48,870 nt of DNA, from NCBI GenBank assembly GCA_040005535.1, contig JBDTYU010000308.1, positions 1-48,870 on the forward strand. The letters run 5' to 3'. Position numbers and translations under genes: made by a program. The stretch is from Ginsengibacter sp. (lineage in GTDB: Bacteria > Bacteroidota > Bacteroidia > Chitinophagales > Chitinophagaceae). The stretch's first letter is position 1. Each line of letters opens with the position of its first letter. Under the pieces are notes generated by a model, which was given only the letters and a program-made list of their open reading frames with translations, was not told the DNA's origin and searched no databases. Of this stretch, positions 18,451 through 27,829 are shown in pieces.

Positions 18451-20643
18451 ATGGCAAATAAAAAACTAAAGCTTTCGGCAATTATTATTCTTTTAATTTT
18501 TTCATTTACATCTTTCTGCCAGTTTCGGGCAAAAGAAATTAACTGGACATCTGACGGAACTGCTTATTTAAAATTAAAAGAAGGCAGTATTATAAGAACT
18601 GATATAAAAACCAATAACGAATCCATCATCGTAAAAAAAGAACAACTCATTCCGGCAGGAAGCGATAAATCTTTACCCTTTAACATTTACAGTTTTTCAA
18701 TTGATAATAAAAATCTGCTCATTTTTACTAATACTGCCAAAGTATGGCGCTATCACACACGCGGCGATTATTGGATATTAGACCTTTCTTCTAACCAGTT
18801 GACGCAACTTGGAAAAGGATTGCCTTCTCAATCATTGATGTTTGCTAAATTATCACCCGATGGAAATAAAGTTGCTTATGTAAGTGAGCATAATATTTTT
18901 TCAGAAGATCTTTCTTCACATAAAATTAATAAACTAACGGCCGACGGTACACGAAAATTTATCAACGGAACTTTTGATTGGGTGTACGAAGAAGAACTAG
19001 GGTGCAGGGACGGTTTCCGATGGAGCCCTGATAGTAAAAAAATTGCTTTTTGGCAAGTGGATGCTACTAAAGTACGTGACTATTACATGCTCAATACTAC
19101 TGATTCGGTGTATTCTCAAATTATTCCTGTAGAATATCCAAAAGTTGGTGAGCCCCCCTCCCCTGTTCGCATAGGTGTAATTACAGTAGGTAATGACAAT
19201 ATTAAATGGATGGATGTTCCCGGAGATCCTCAGCAACATTACCTTCCAAGAATGGAATGGGCAAATAACCCTGATGAAGTTGTAGTGCAACAACTTAACA
19301 GGAAACAAAATGAAAGCAAATTATTTTATTGTAATGCAGCTACCGGCGAAGCCAGAAATTTTTATACAGAAAATGATAAGGCCTGGATAGATATTAAATC
19401 AAGATGGAACGATGATGACCCGACAGGATGGGAATGGCTTAACAATGGAAAAAATTTTTTATGGGTGAGTGAAAAGGATGGCTGGCGTCATCTTTTTTTA
19501 GTAAGCCGCGACGGTAAAAAAGAAACATTAATTACAAAAGGTAATTATGATATTGACAATATTAAATGTATTGATGATAAAAATAATTATGTCTATTTTA
19601 TGGCGTCGCCAAACAATGCCACTCAGCTTTATTTATACAGAACAAAAATGGATGGAAAAGGAAAATTAGAATTGGTTTCTCCGTCATCGATGAGAGGTAC
19701 TCATAATTATGATATTTCACCCGGGGCAAAATATGCCATGCACAGTTTTTCCAATTATAAAACTTTCCCTGTACGTGAATGGATTTCGTTACCCGATCAT
19801 AAACCTTTGCTTGAAGATAAGAGCATCGCAAAGAATATTAAAGTAAACGAAACCTCCACTATTGAATATTTTAAAGTAACTACAGAAGATAATATTACAC
19901 TGGATGGATGGATGGTAAAGCCGGCAAACTTTGACAGCACCAAAAAATATCCCGTTGTTTTTAATGTTTATGGAGAACCCGCTGCTTCCACTGTTGGTGA
20001 CAGCTATGGCTCACAGTTCAATTTTTTATTTAATGGCGATATGAGTACCGAGGGATACATACAGGTTTCGGTTGATAACCGCGGTACTCCTTCATTGCGG
20101 GGAGCGGAATGGCGTAAATCAATTTATGGGCAAATTGGAAGGTTAAACATTCATGACCAGGCAATGGCTACAAAAAAATTGTTAGAAAAATCATATTTTG
20201 ACAAAGATCGTGTGGCAGTGTGGGGATGGAGCGGGGGCGGATCTTCTACACTCAACCTGATGTTTCAATATCCTGAAATTTATAAAACTGGCATTTCTAT
20301 TTCCGCAGTTGACAATCTTTTATTCTACGATAATATTTATGAGGAAAGATACATGGGATTGCCACAGGAAAATATGGACAATTATGTAAAAGGCTCTCCA
20401 ATCTATTATGCAAAAAATCTTAAGGGAAATTTATTATTTATACATGGTACGGGAGACGATAATGTGCAATACGATAATGCAGAAGCGATGCTCAATGAAT
20501 TAATAAAATACAATAAAAGTTTTCAATTCATGCCTTATCCTAACAGAACACACAGCATTTCTGAAGGAGAAGGAACCCATAAACACTTATCAACTTTATA
20601 TTCTGAATTCTTAAGAAAAAACTGTCCCCCGGGAGCAAGATAA
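18451..20643 (+). CDS. S9B dipeptidyl peptidase IV-family serine peptidase
   Basis: Signal peptide; DWVYEEE; YPKVG; GWSGGG nucleophile; HGTGDDNV; catalytic His in NRTHS. Confidence 0.92.
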   Translation: MANKKLKLSAIIILLIFSFTSFCQFRAKEINWTSDGTAYLKLKEGSIIRTDIKTNNESIIVKKEQLIPAGSDKSLPFNIYSFSIDNKNLLIFTNTAKVWRYHTRGDYWILDLSSNQLTQLGKGLPSQSLMFAKLSPDGNKVAYVSEHNIFSEDLSSHKINKLTADGTRKFINGTFDWVYEEELGCRDGFRWSPDSKKIAFWQVDATKVRDYYMLNTTDSVYSQIIPVEYPKVGEPPSPVRIGVITVGNDNIKWMDVPGDPQQHYLPRMEWANNPDEVVVQQLNRKQNESKLFYCNAATGEARNFYTENDKAWIDIKSRWNDDDPTGWEWLNNGKNFLWVSEKDGWRHLFLVSRDGKKETLITKGNYDIDNIKCIDDKNNYVYFMASPNNATQLYLYRTKMDGKGKLELVSPSSMRGTHNYDISPGAKYAMHSFSNYKTFPVREWISLPDHKPLLEDKSIAKNIKVNETSTIEYFKVTTEDNITLDGWMVKPANFDSTKKYPVVFNVYGEPAASTVGDSYGSQFNFLFNGDMSTEGYIQVSVDNRGTPSLRGAEWRKSIYGQIGRLNIHDQAMATKKLLEKSYFDKDRVAVWGWSGGGSSTLNLMFQYPEIYKTGISISAVDNLLFYDNIYEERYMGLPQENMDNYVKGSPIYYAKNLKGNLLFIHGTGDDNVQYDNAEAMLNELIKYNKSFQFMPYPNRTHSISEGEGTHKHLSTLYSEFLRKNCPPGAR

Positions 20644-20677
20644 ATTCTTGTATTATATTTGGTTTTTAAATACCCTA

Positions 20678-21175
20678 ATGATGCGTTCCCATATAATTAT
20701 AAGTTTACTCTTAGTGCTATGCGCTATTTTTAGTTCTTGTCAAAAAGAATTTGAAGATTCAAATAATGCTCCCATAAACACCACAGTCGATTTTAAAGCG
20801 AAAATTAATGGCGTTCAATTTATTGCCGCCATTTCAGGTGCCGTGAGAAGGGGAAGTGACAGTGTTATATCTATATCCGGAAAGTCTAATGACGGGCAAA
20901 TAATTGCGTTTACCCTGGCAGACTCAGGTGTTCATGTATACACCCTTGGCATAAATAGTAGTGTAAATTTCTGCGGGTATGAAGACAATAATGGATTAGC
21001 ATTTTCTTCAAATGAAGGAATAAATCCCGGTGACTCAGGGGGAAATATCGCTATCATTTCAATAGATTCAGTAAAAAAATTGATGAGTGGAACTTTTAAT
21101 CTAAAAGTATTTCGTCAGATAGACCGTACACAAAGAATTATTACGGAAGGAATTTTCAATAATATTTCGTACTGA
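20678..21175 (+). CDS. Hypothetical lipoprotein (DUF6252-like)
   Basis: Lipobox FSSC followed by QKE; FKAKING, SGTFNLK, ITEGIF motifs; start moved to ATG 20678. Confidence 0.65.
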   Translation: MMRSHIIISLLLVLCAIFSSCQKEFEDSNNAPINTTVDFKAKINGVQFIAAISGAVRRGSDSVISISGKSNDGQIIAFTLADSGVHVYTLGINSSVNFCGYEDNNGLAFSSNEGINPGDSGGNIAIISIDSVKKLMSGTFNLKVFRQIDRTQRIITEGIFNNISY

Positions 21176-21205
21176 TATTTTAATATTTCTAATTGCTTAC
21201 ATTAA

Positions 21206-21260
21206 AATAAAAAGTTTTGCTGCAATTTCTTTATTCTGCAGACCTTTTAATTAGTAGCTC
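21206..21260 (-). pseudogene. Frameshifted remnant of a LuxR/NarL-type HTH regulator
   Basis: Minus strand reads ELLIK, then after a 1-nt shift KGLQNKEIAAKLFI, then a stop two codons later; matches the LuxR pattern L..G..NKEIA..L.I. Confidence 0.55.
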
Positions 21261-21368
21261 CGGATTCTTCTATAAAAAAGGTCGACATTTGTTCGATAGG
21301 GACTACTAAACTATTAAGATTCACCTGCTATTATAATACTGTTTCTTTAAACCTGACAAAGTACGTTT

Positions 21369-22019
21369 ATGAAATTTTTGAATGTCATTATTAAGTATCG
21401 TCTGTTACTGGGTGTATTTTTTTTGTTACTTGCTATTGTAGTCAATATTGAAACCAGCTTCTGGCCATCCTTTATTTTATATTTTATTGCACTGGTATTG
21501 GTGGTGGGTCATTTTCTTTTTGGACCCATGAGACTTATACAAGGGTATATGGAAAGCGGCGATATGGAAGGTGCTCAAAAAGTGATTAATTCAATCTGGT
21601 TTCCCGGGTTGCTTATCAAGCCAGTTCGTTCTGTTTATTTTACATTGAAAGGAAATTTGGCTATGGTAAACCAGGATTATGAAAGTGCAGAGGCACACAT
21701 GAAAAAAAGTCTTAGCCTCGGTATGCCAATGAAAGAAGCTGAGGGCGCTAATAAACTTCAGTTAGGAATGCTTGCTATGCAAAAAGGGAATATCCGCGAA
21801 GCAGAAAATTATATTCGCCAGGCAATACGTTCCGGGCTGCCTGATAAAGAAAATGAAGCTGCTGCTTACCTGCAGCTTTCTTCAATTATGATTAATAAAA
21901 GAGAATTTCGTGCTGCCAAAGAATACTTCAGGAAAGTAAAAGCATTAAAACCCACAACACCTCAAATCGTTGAGCAGGTAAAACAAATGGAAAAATATAT
22001 TACGCGGATGCCGGGATAG
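21369..22019 (+). CDS. Membrane-anchored TPR protein
   Basis: Two N-terminal TM helices followed by TPR-like helical repeats. Confidence 0.75.
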   Translation: MKFLNVIIKYRLLLGVFFLLLAIVVNIETSFWPSFILYFIALVLVVGHFLFGPMRLIQGYMESGDMEGAQKVINSIWFPGLLIKPVRSVYFTLKGNLAMVNQDYESAEAHMKKSLSLGMPMKEAEGANKLQLGMLAMQKGNIREAENYIRQAIRSGLPDKENEAAAYLQLSSIMINKREFRAAKEYFRKVKALKPTTPQIVEQVKQMEKYITRMPG

Positions 22020-22029
22020 GTTCAATTGA

Positions 22030-22096
22030 AATGAACAATTAATAATTAAGAATTTCACTATTAATGGGTAATTATCTATTGTCAATTATTTAATTA
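22030..22096. repeat. Inverted degenerate heptamer arrays (possible bidirectional terminator)
   Basis: aatgaac aattaat aattaag ... taattat ctattgt caattat between convergent genes; the arms are roughly reverse-complementary. Confidence 0.45.
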
Positions 22097-22906
22097 TTTC
22101 TCTCCTTTAAAAAATCCAAGTTCAGTTAAAATCCCTTTGGTAATATTCATTCGTACCTGCTGCATATTGATATCTTTATCTGTAGATTTTATTAATGTCA
22201 CAAAAAAATAAACATGGCGGTTCTCTTCTATCCAGCCGGTGATCCAGCCAATAGAATTATTTTTTTCATCATATCCCCAACCGGTTTTATAACTTAGCTT
22301 ATACATCGTATTATTTTCCTGCAGCATTACATTACGAACAATTTGCTGTGAACGTTTTTGGAATGGAAGCTTATCAAAATACAATTTATTTACAAGGCCA
22401 AGTTGTTCATCAGGGGATATCTTCAATGTATTATTAAGCCAGAATGAATCTATGGGACCCGTGACATTCATGTTTCCATAATGCAAAGTATCAATCCAAA
22501 CCTTCATGGTATCTCTCCCTATTCTGCGGGCCACTTCCTGGTAATATGGAACTGCAGAAACTTTAAAAGCCTCTTCCATAGTGAGATCTTTATTCCAGTC
22601 TTCATTCCATCTTTTTAAGCCATCCCATTTTATCACCATCTTCTCATCTGTAATTTTCCCTGTCTCTAATCCTATCAACGAGTTTACAATCTTAAAAGTA
22701 GATGCGGGTAAAACTCTTTGCGTATCGAGTTTCATATTATAGACCGTAATTTTTCCTGTTGTATTATCTAATAAAGAAAAACATCCGTCGACATGTGCAG
22801 AGTCAAAATATTTTTTAAGATCATTTTTTATGGTAGCCTTATTAACAGAGCAGGAGGAAATAACTGTGAGTGATGTAACGAATAATAACCGGCCATATTT
22901 TTTCAT
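22094..22906 (-). CDS. Class D (OXA-family) beta-lactamase, predicted lipoprotein
   Basis: PASTFK, SAV, YGN, FWL and KTG motifs; lipobox VISSC; start moved to ATG 22906. Confidence 0.88.
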   Translation of the reverse strand: MKKYGRLLFVTSLTVISSCSVNKATIKNDLKKYFDSAHVDGCFSLLDNTTGKITVYNMKLDTQRVLPASTFKIVNSLIGLETGKITDEKMVIKWDGLKRWNEDWNKDLTMEEAFKVSAVPYYQEVARRIGRDTMKVWIDTLHYGNMNVTGPIDSFWLNNTLKISPDEQLGLVNKLYFDKLPFQKRSQQIVRNVMLQENNTMYKLSYKTGWGYDEKNNSIGWITGWIEENRHVYFFVTLIKSTDKDINMQQVRMNITKGILTELGFFKGEK

Positions 22907-22938
22907 AAATACCAAATCAAGTTTATCTGTATAATTTA

Positions 22939-23520
22939 TTATTTTGCCATTTGATGCTCTGTTGTTGCGCATAAAGCTTCATAAAAATCATTTCCGTACT
23001 TTCTTATAAGAGCATCTTTAAGAAAAATATAAGCAGGCACTTTCAATTTTTTGCCAAGGCTGCATGCAGCTTTGCACAGATCTTCCCTGGGTTCATAATT
23101 TACAAGATCGGATTTACCCGTTTTGCTTTTTTTTATTTTTACCGGAAATAAATGACAGCTTATTGGTTTTCTCCAGCTTATTTTTCCATCATTAAAAGCC
23201 TTTTCTATGCCGCATTTTACAATTCCCTTTGCATCCGTAATTCCGTAAGCGCAGGTGCCTGAGTCTATAGTAGGTGTTACCCAGCCAAACTCTGTATTAT
23301 AAATATATTTTCCCTGCCGTTCCAGTTCAGTTACCGATTCTTTCGTAAGATAAGGACGCACAAATTTATAAGCATCATTAAGTTCTTTCAATTCATTATT
23401 TTCAAGCGGGGCACCTGCGTCACCATCAACACAACAGCCGCCCTTACACTTTATAAGATCACAAACAAAATGCTCTTCAACTACCTGGTCACTTATTAAA
23501 ACATTGCCAATGCTTATCAT
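22939..23520 (-). CDS. DUF3109 family Cys-rich protein
   Basis: FVCDLIKCKGGCCVDGDAGAPL, CGIEKA, KPISCHLFP. Confidence 0.85.
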   Translation of the reverse strand: MISIGNVLISDQVVEEHFVCDLIKCKGGCCVDGDAGAPLENNELKELNDAYKFVRPYLTKESVTELERQGKYIYNTEFGWVTPTIDSGTCAYGITDAKGIVKCGIEKAFNDGKISWRKPISCHLFPVKIKKSKTGKSDLVNYEPREDLCKAACSLGKKLKVPAYIFLKDALIRKYGNDFYEALCATTEHQMAK

Positions 23521-23668
23521 GCTGTAAAAGTAAGAAATTGCCCATTATCACGAATGTGAAATACACAACCAAATTTTATTATTGCAATGACCTTTTAAAT
23601 CAAAATTTGTATTGCTACAATGTTGCTATAATATTTTTTGAAGCAAATAAATAAACCTGAAAATTAAG

Positions 23669-23716
23669 ACTTCCCCCGAGATTGGCTTCCCCTCGGGGAC
23701 GGGTTTTGATGGGGCT
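23669..23716. repeat. REP-like GC-rich hairpin downstream of gldD
   Basis: CCCCGAG-attggcttccc-CTCGGGG stem followed by gggttttgatggggct. Confidence 0.5.
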
Positions 23717-23720
23717 TTAG

Positions 23721-24401
23721 TTATGGGCTTTTCCATTCAAGAGTATTGATGATATGCTTCATATCTTCCTGCAAAAAATCATTTACAGGCCGTAGAGAAT
23801 CTTCATTGGGAGTAGCATTGAAATACAATGCGCCCCTCAGAAAATTATGGAGCGTATCGGATAAAAAAAATTGTTTTGCTGTGGCGACGCTTCCTGAAAG
23901 ACGAAAAAAAATGCCTGTGATATTATTGGGTGTATGCATTACACTATCTTCTATAGAACCTGCTTTGATGTCATTTTTATAAGTAAGATTATAGGAATCA
24001 TTCACCATTTTTTGAAAAATATTTTTGCCGATGGAATCTCTATATTTTCCATCAGCATTTTTTACTTTATATATAGATTCGCCACCGATGTTTTTATAAC
24101 TTATGAAAATTTTCCCATTGAAAGAAGGGAATTCAATATTAACCGAGTAAGGATCTTCGGCGCTAATGCGAGAATATGATGAATCTTTTACAACACTCGC
24201 ATATATAGGATACTCGAAAGAATAAGGAAAACCTGGATTATCAAATTTTATATACTGTCTTTTTGGAAAATCAATTTTATAATAGCCTTTTTTTTTAGAA
24301 GTATATGTTGAATTGCATCCTGTAAGCAATACAAAAAATAATAATAAACCGATGCGGACAGGCAGCCTATTTTTCACCTCACGAATTCTGGCCATCAGCA
24401 T
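23721..24401 (-). CDS. gldD: Gliding motility lipoprotein GldD
   Basis: Lipobox LLTGC; KKGYYKIDFP, PYSFEYP, FLRGALYF, PNEDSLRPV; overlaps the end of gldE. Confidence 0.88.
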   Translation of the reverse strand: MLMARIREVKNRLPVRIGLLLFFVLLTGCNSTYTSKKKGYYKIDFPKRQYIKFDNPGFPYSFEYPIYASVVKDSSYSRISAEDPYSVNIEFPSFNGKIFISYKNIGGESIYKVKNADGKYRDSIGKNIFQKMVNDSYNLTYKNDIKAGSIEDSVMHTPNNITGIFFRLSGSVATAKQFFLSDTLHNFLRGALYFNATPNEDSLRPVNDFLQEDMKHIINTLEWKSP

Positions 24402-25722
24402 TTTTTTTCAAGGTAACCTTAACTTTTTCAATACGATTTTTATTTATTTCCAGTGGTGTAAATATATAATTAGTCGTAGCGAAACTTTCATTTACCGCAG
24501 GAAACTCGCCAGCAATTTCAAGCAACAAACCGCCAAGCGAATCACTATCGCCACGAATTTTATCAAATGTATCAACAGAAATATGCAATGCTTTACACAC
24601 ATCATTAATCATTGTTTTCCCTTCAAATATGTAATTGAAATCGTCGAGTTTTTTATTTACGCTTTGTTCATCATCAAATTCATCTTGTATGTCACCAATA
24701 ATTTCTTCCATAACATCTTCGAGGGTTATAATGCCGGAAGTGCCTCCGAATTCATCGACGACTACAGCCAGGTGAATTCGCTTATTCCTGAAATCCTGCA
24801 GAAGGTCTTCGATCAGCTTTTGTTCATGAACATAAAATACGGGACGCATCAAAGGATGCCAGTCAAAGGTTTCTTCATCGAGGTGAGCCAGCAGGTCTTT
24901 GGTGTGCAGAATGCCCACAATTTCATCAAGATTATTTTTAAAAACAGGTAACCTTGAATAATGCATTTCTTCTATTTTGTCTTTTACATCCCGAAAAGAA
25001 ATGTTGATCTCAATGCCACTAACGTCTAAGCGTGTACGCATTGTTTGTTTTACCGTTGTATTTCCAAATTTTCTAATTCCTTTTAAAATTCGTTTTTCCT
25101 CGGTTGTTGCTTCATGGTCAGGCAGAAGGTCTATGGCATAATCAAGCTGTGTGTCGTCCATACGGGTTGAGCTTGAATGAAACATCTTTTCAATTTTATC
25201 ACTGAGATTAACTAATCTATGGCTTATTCTGGAAAAGATACTGTTGAAAATTTCAATAACCAGAGAAGATGTCGATGCGAACCATATCTTATGGTGAGTG
25301 GCCCATACTTTTGGTAACACTTCACCAAACATAACAAGAAAAGATGTTACTACTATAACTTTAATTAAAAACTCCAGGAGACCATGCATGTGAAGATTTT
25401 CAACCCAATTATTCATTAATGTATTTGATATGAGTATGATCCCAATATTTACAAGGCTATTGGTGATCAACATTGAGGCAAGAAGTGTTTTAGGATTTGC
25501 CAGCAGGGTGACGATTCTTTTATAAGATGGCTGCTGCCTTGTTTTAAGCATATTAATATCTTTCAACGTCAGTGAAAAAAAAGCAACCTCTGAACCAGCA
25601 ACTAAAAATGATATTAAAAAAAGAATGATAACAGTAAAAAGAAGTATGGTTGTAGCCGCAGGAGTTATTGCCAGAAAACTAAGAAGGGGGTAGCTGTAAT
25701 GAATAGACGAATAATAATCCAA
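24379..25722 (-). CDS. gldE: Gliding motility-associated protein GldE (CNNM/CBS/CorC hemolysin family)
   Basis: GSEVAFFSL, FGEVLPK, YSRLPV, VVDEFGGTSGIITLED; ssb-gldE-gldD synteny; TTG start. Confidence 0.88.
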   Translation of the reverse strand: MDYYSSIHYSYPLLSFLAITPAATTILLFTVIILFLISFLVAGSEVAFFSLTLKDINMLKTRQQPSYKRIVTLLANPKTLLASMLITNSLVNIGIILISNTLMNNWVENLHMHGLLEFLIKVIVVTSFLVMFGEVLPKVWATHHKIWFASTSSLVIEIFNSIFSRISHRLVNLSDKIEKMFHSSSTRMDDTQLDYAIDLLPDHEATTEEKRILKGIRKFGNTTVKQTMRTRLDVSGIEINISFRDVKDKIEEMHYSRLPVFKNNLDEIVGILHTKDLLAHLDEETFDWHPLMRPVFYVHEQKLIEDLLQDFRNKRIHLAVVVDEFGGTSGIITLEDVMEEIIGDIQDEFDDEQSVNKKLDDFNYIFEGKTMINDVCKALHISVDTFDKIRGDSDSLGGLLLEIAGEFPAVNESFATTNYIFTPLEINKNRIEKVKVTLKKNADGQNS

Positions 25723-25778
25723 AGCAATAATTTTAGTTAAAGATCCGGATGGCGCTTTCGAGCATCAACCGGTCGAAT

Positions 25779-26207
25779 TCAAAAGGGAAGTTTCTCTGAG
25801 CCTTCATCGATGGGTGGGATTTCGCTTCCGGGAATATTTTCGTTACCTGTTTCAACCCCGGTATGTCCGCCATCAGGGCGCTTATCAAGCATAATAAGAT
25901 TATCACCAATAATTTCCGTAGCCACTTTTTTATTATGATCTCTATCTTCCCAATACCTTGTTTTCAATCGGCCTTCAATATATACGAGACTGCTTTTATG
26001 AAGATATTTTTGAGCTAACTCTGCCAGGCCCCGCCATAACACAACATTATGCCATTCTGTTTGAGAAATTAATTTCCCCGTTTTGTCCTTATAAGTTTCG
26101 GTAGTAGCCAAAGGAAATTTTGCCACAGGAATATTTCCTTCAAGGTATTGTATTTCGGGATCTTTGCCTAGATTTCCAATTAGTACAACTCTGTTTACAC
26201 CTCTCAT
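25779..26207 (-). CDS. ssb: Single-stranded DNA-binding protein
   Basis: VNRVVLIGNLGKDPE, TEWHNVV, YIEGRLKTR, C-terminal LPF; start moved to ATG 26207; TAAATTTG at 26244-26251. Confidence 0.96.
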   Translation of the reverse strand: MRGVNRVVLIGNLGKDPEIQYLEGNIPVAKFPLATTETYKDKTGKLISQTEWHNVVLWRGLAELAQKYLHKSSLVYIEGRLKTRYWEDRDHNKKVATEIIGDNLIMLDKRPDGGHTGVETGNENIPGSEIPPIDEGSEKLPF

Positions 26208-26261
26208 AAATACTATTTCTTCAGTAACTAAATTGTTATTAAACAAATTTAAAGATACATT

Positions 26262-27317
26262 TTAATCTTTCAAGTATGAATTGATAAATTTTGGAAACGG
26301 CAAGAGGCTAAGTTCTTTCCACGATACCAGTTTATATTTTTTTAAATGTATCCTGGAAGTTTTTATAGCAATGTGAAAAAATCTTCCGGTAATTTTTTGG
26401 TGAGTAAGTTGTTGAGTGGAAACAGCAGAAACTTTGGTAATCGTATAATTATTTCGGGCAAATAAGGATGTAAATATTTTTGCGTTTAAGAATTCTTTTT
26501 CCGTACTAATGCTTGCAGTTTCTATCAATATAAATTCATAAAGATCTTGCCAGATATCTTTACCAGTTCTTTGGTTCACATATATTTTATTGTTTTGTTC
26601 AACTATTAAATAATTAAAAAAACGTTCCCGTTTCCTGGTGCTTTTTTCTTTGACAGGAAGGATATTTACCATTTTTTTTCCATAAGCGATACAATTTTTT
26701 TGCAGGAGGCAACACCCGCACAATGGCAGCATGGGCTTGCAAATGACTGCGCCAAAATCCATAATAGCCTGGTTGTAAGAAGCAGGGTTTGTTGTATCAA
26801 TTAAATCACGTGCAAGTATATTAAAAAATTTTTTCCCTCGTGTAGTGTCAACAGGAATTTCAATTCCAAAAAATCTTGACAGAACTCTGAAAACATTTCC
26901 ATCCAAAACAGCATAAGGTAAGTTAAAAGCAAAGGATGCAATTGCAGAAGCGGTATAATGGCCAATTCCTTTTAACGATAAAATGTCTTCATATTTTTCG
27001 GGAAACTGAGCACTTCGTTGATCATTAATAAATTTTGCTGTTGCAATTAAATTTCTGCAGCGGCTATAATAACCCAATCCTTCCCATAGTTTATAAACCT
27101 CCTGTTCAGGGGCACTGGCAAGACTTTGTATATCAGGCCACGCTTTTATAAACCGGTTATAATAAGCCAGACCCTGTTGTACACGTGTTTGCTGTAATAT
27201 AATTTCGCTTATCCATATTTTATAAGGATCTTTTTCACCTTTCCATGGCATTTGCCTAATATTTTCGGATTGATTCCATCTTATTAAAGTTTCAGAAAAA
27301 AATTTCTTATTTTTCAT
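26262..27317 (-). CDS. mutY: A/G-specific adenine glycosylase
   Basis: ISEIILQQTRV, WEGLGYYSR, HhH LKGIGHYTA, LDGNVFRV, C-X6-C-X2-C-X5-C Fe-S motif. Confidence 0.95.
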   Translation of the reverse strand: MKNKKFFSETLIRWNQSENIRQMPWKGEKDPYKIWISEIILQQTRVQQGLAYYNRFIKAWPDIQSLASAPEQEVYKLWEGLGYYSRCRNLIATAKFINDQRSAQFPEKYEDILSLKGIGHYTASAIASFAFNLPYAVLDGNVFRVLSRFFGIEIPVDTTRGKKFFNILARDLIDTTNPASYNQAIMDFGAVICKPMLPLCGCCLLQKNCIAYGKKMVNILPVKEKSTRKRERFFNYLIVEQNNKIYVNQRTGKDIWQDLYEFILIETASISTEKEFLNAKIFTSLFARNNYTITKVSAVSTQQLTHQKITGRFFHIAIKTSRIHLKKYKLVSWKELSLLPFPKFINSYLKD

Positions 27318-27409
27318 TAAAATGATAATGTTCCCTTTTTATTCTGATTGACAAAAAATGCACGAAGATGCGCTATATATTATTCAGGATGAATTTAAAA
27401 TAAAGATTA

Positions 27410-27417
27410 TAAATTTG
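27410..27417 (+). promoter_or_regulatory. -7 promoter element for the HU gene
   Basis: TAAATTTG, 68 nt upstream of ATG 27486. Confidence 0.6.
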
Positions 27418-27485
27418 TACCAGCCTGGTAAAACATTTTTTTCATTTGGAGATATAAATTTATCAACTCAATTCAATGTTATAAA

Positions 27486-27785
27486 ATGAGAAAAGCAGAT
27501 CTTATCAATCAGATTTCAGAAAAAACAGGTATTCCTAAAGTTGATGTTTTAGTAACTCTTGAAACATTATTTAAAGAAGTTAAAGAATCACTTGCACTGG
27601 GAGAAAATATATACATCAGGGGATTTGGTAGTTTCATTACAAAAAAAAGAGCCGCTAAAATTGGCAGGAACATTAAAAAAAATGTTGCTGTAGAAATTCC
27701 TGAACATTACATACCAGCTTTTAAGCCCGCTAAAGAATTTGTTCAGGATATAAAGGACAAGAATAATAACAGGAAATCACAATAG
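27486..27785 (+). CDS. HU/IHF family DNA-binding protein
   Basis: MRKADLI, IRGFGSF, GRNIKK, IPAFKP. Confidence 0.95.
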   Translation: MRKADLINQISEKTGIPKVDVLVTLETLFKEVKESLALGENIYIRGFGSFITKKRAAKIGRNIKKNVAVEIPEHYIPAFKPAKEFVQDIKDKNNNRKSQ

Positions 27786-27829
27786 TCTTACTTTTGTACC
27801 GGGGTATTAAATCTCCCTATTATTTAAAA

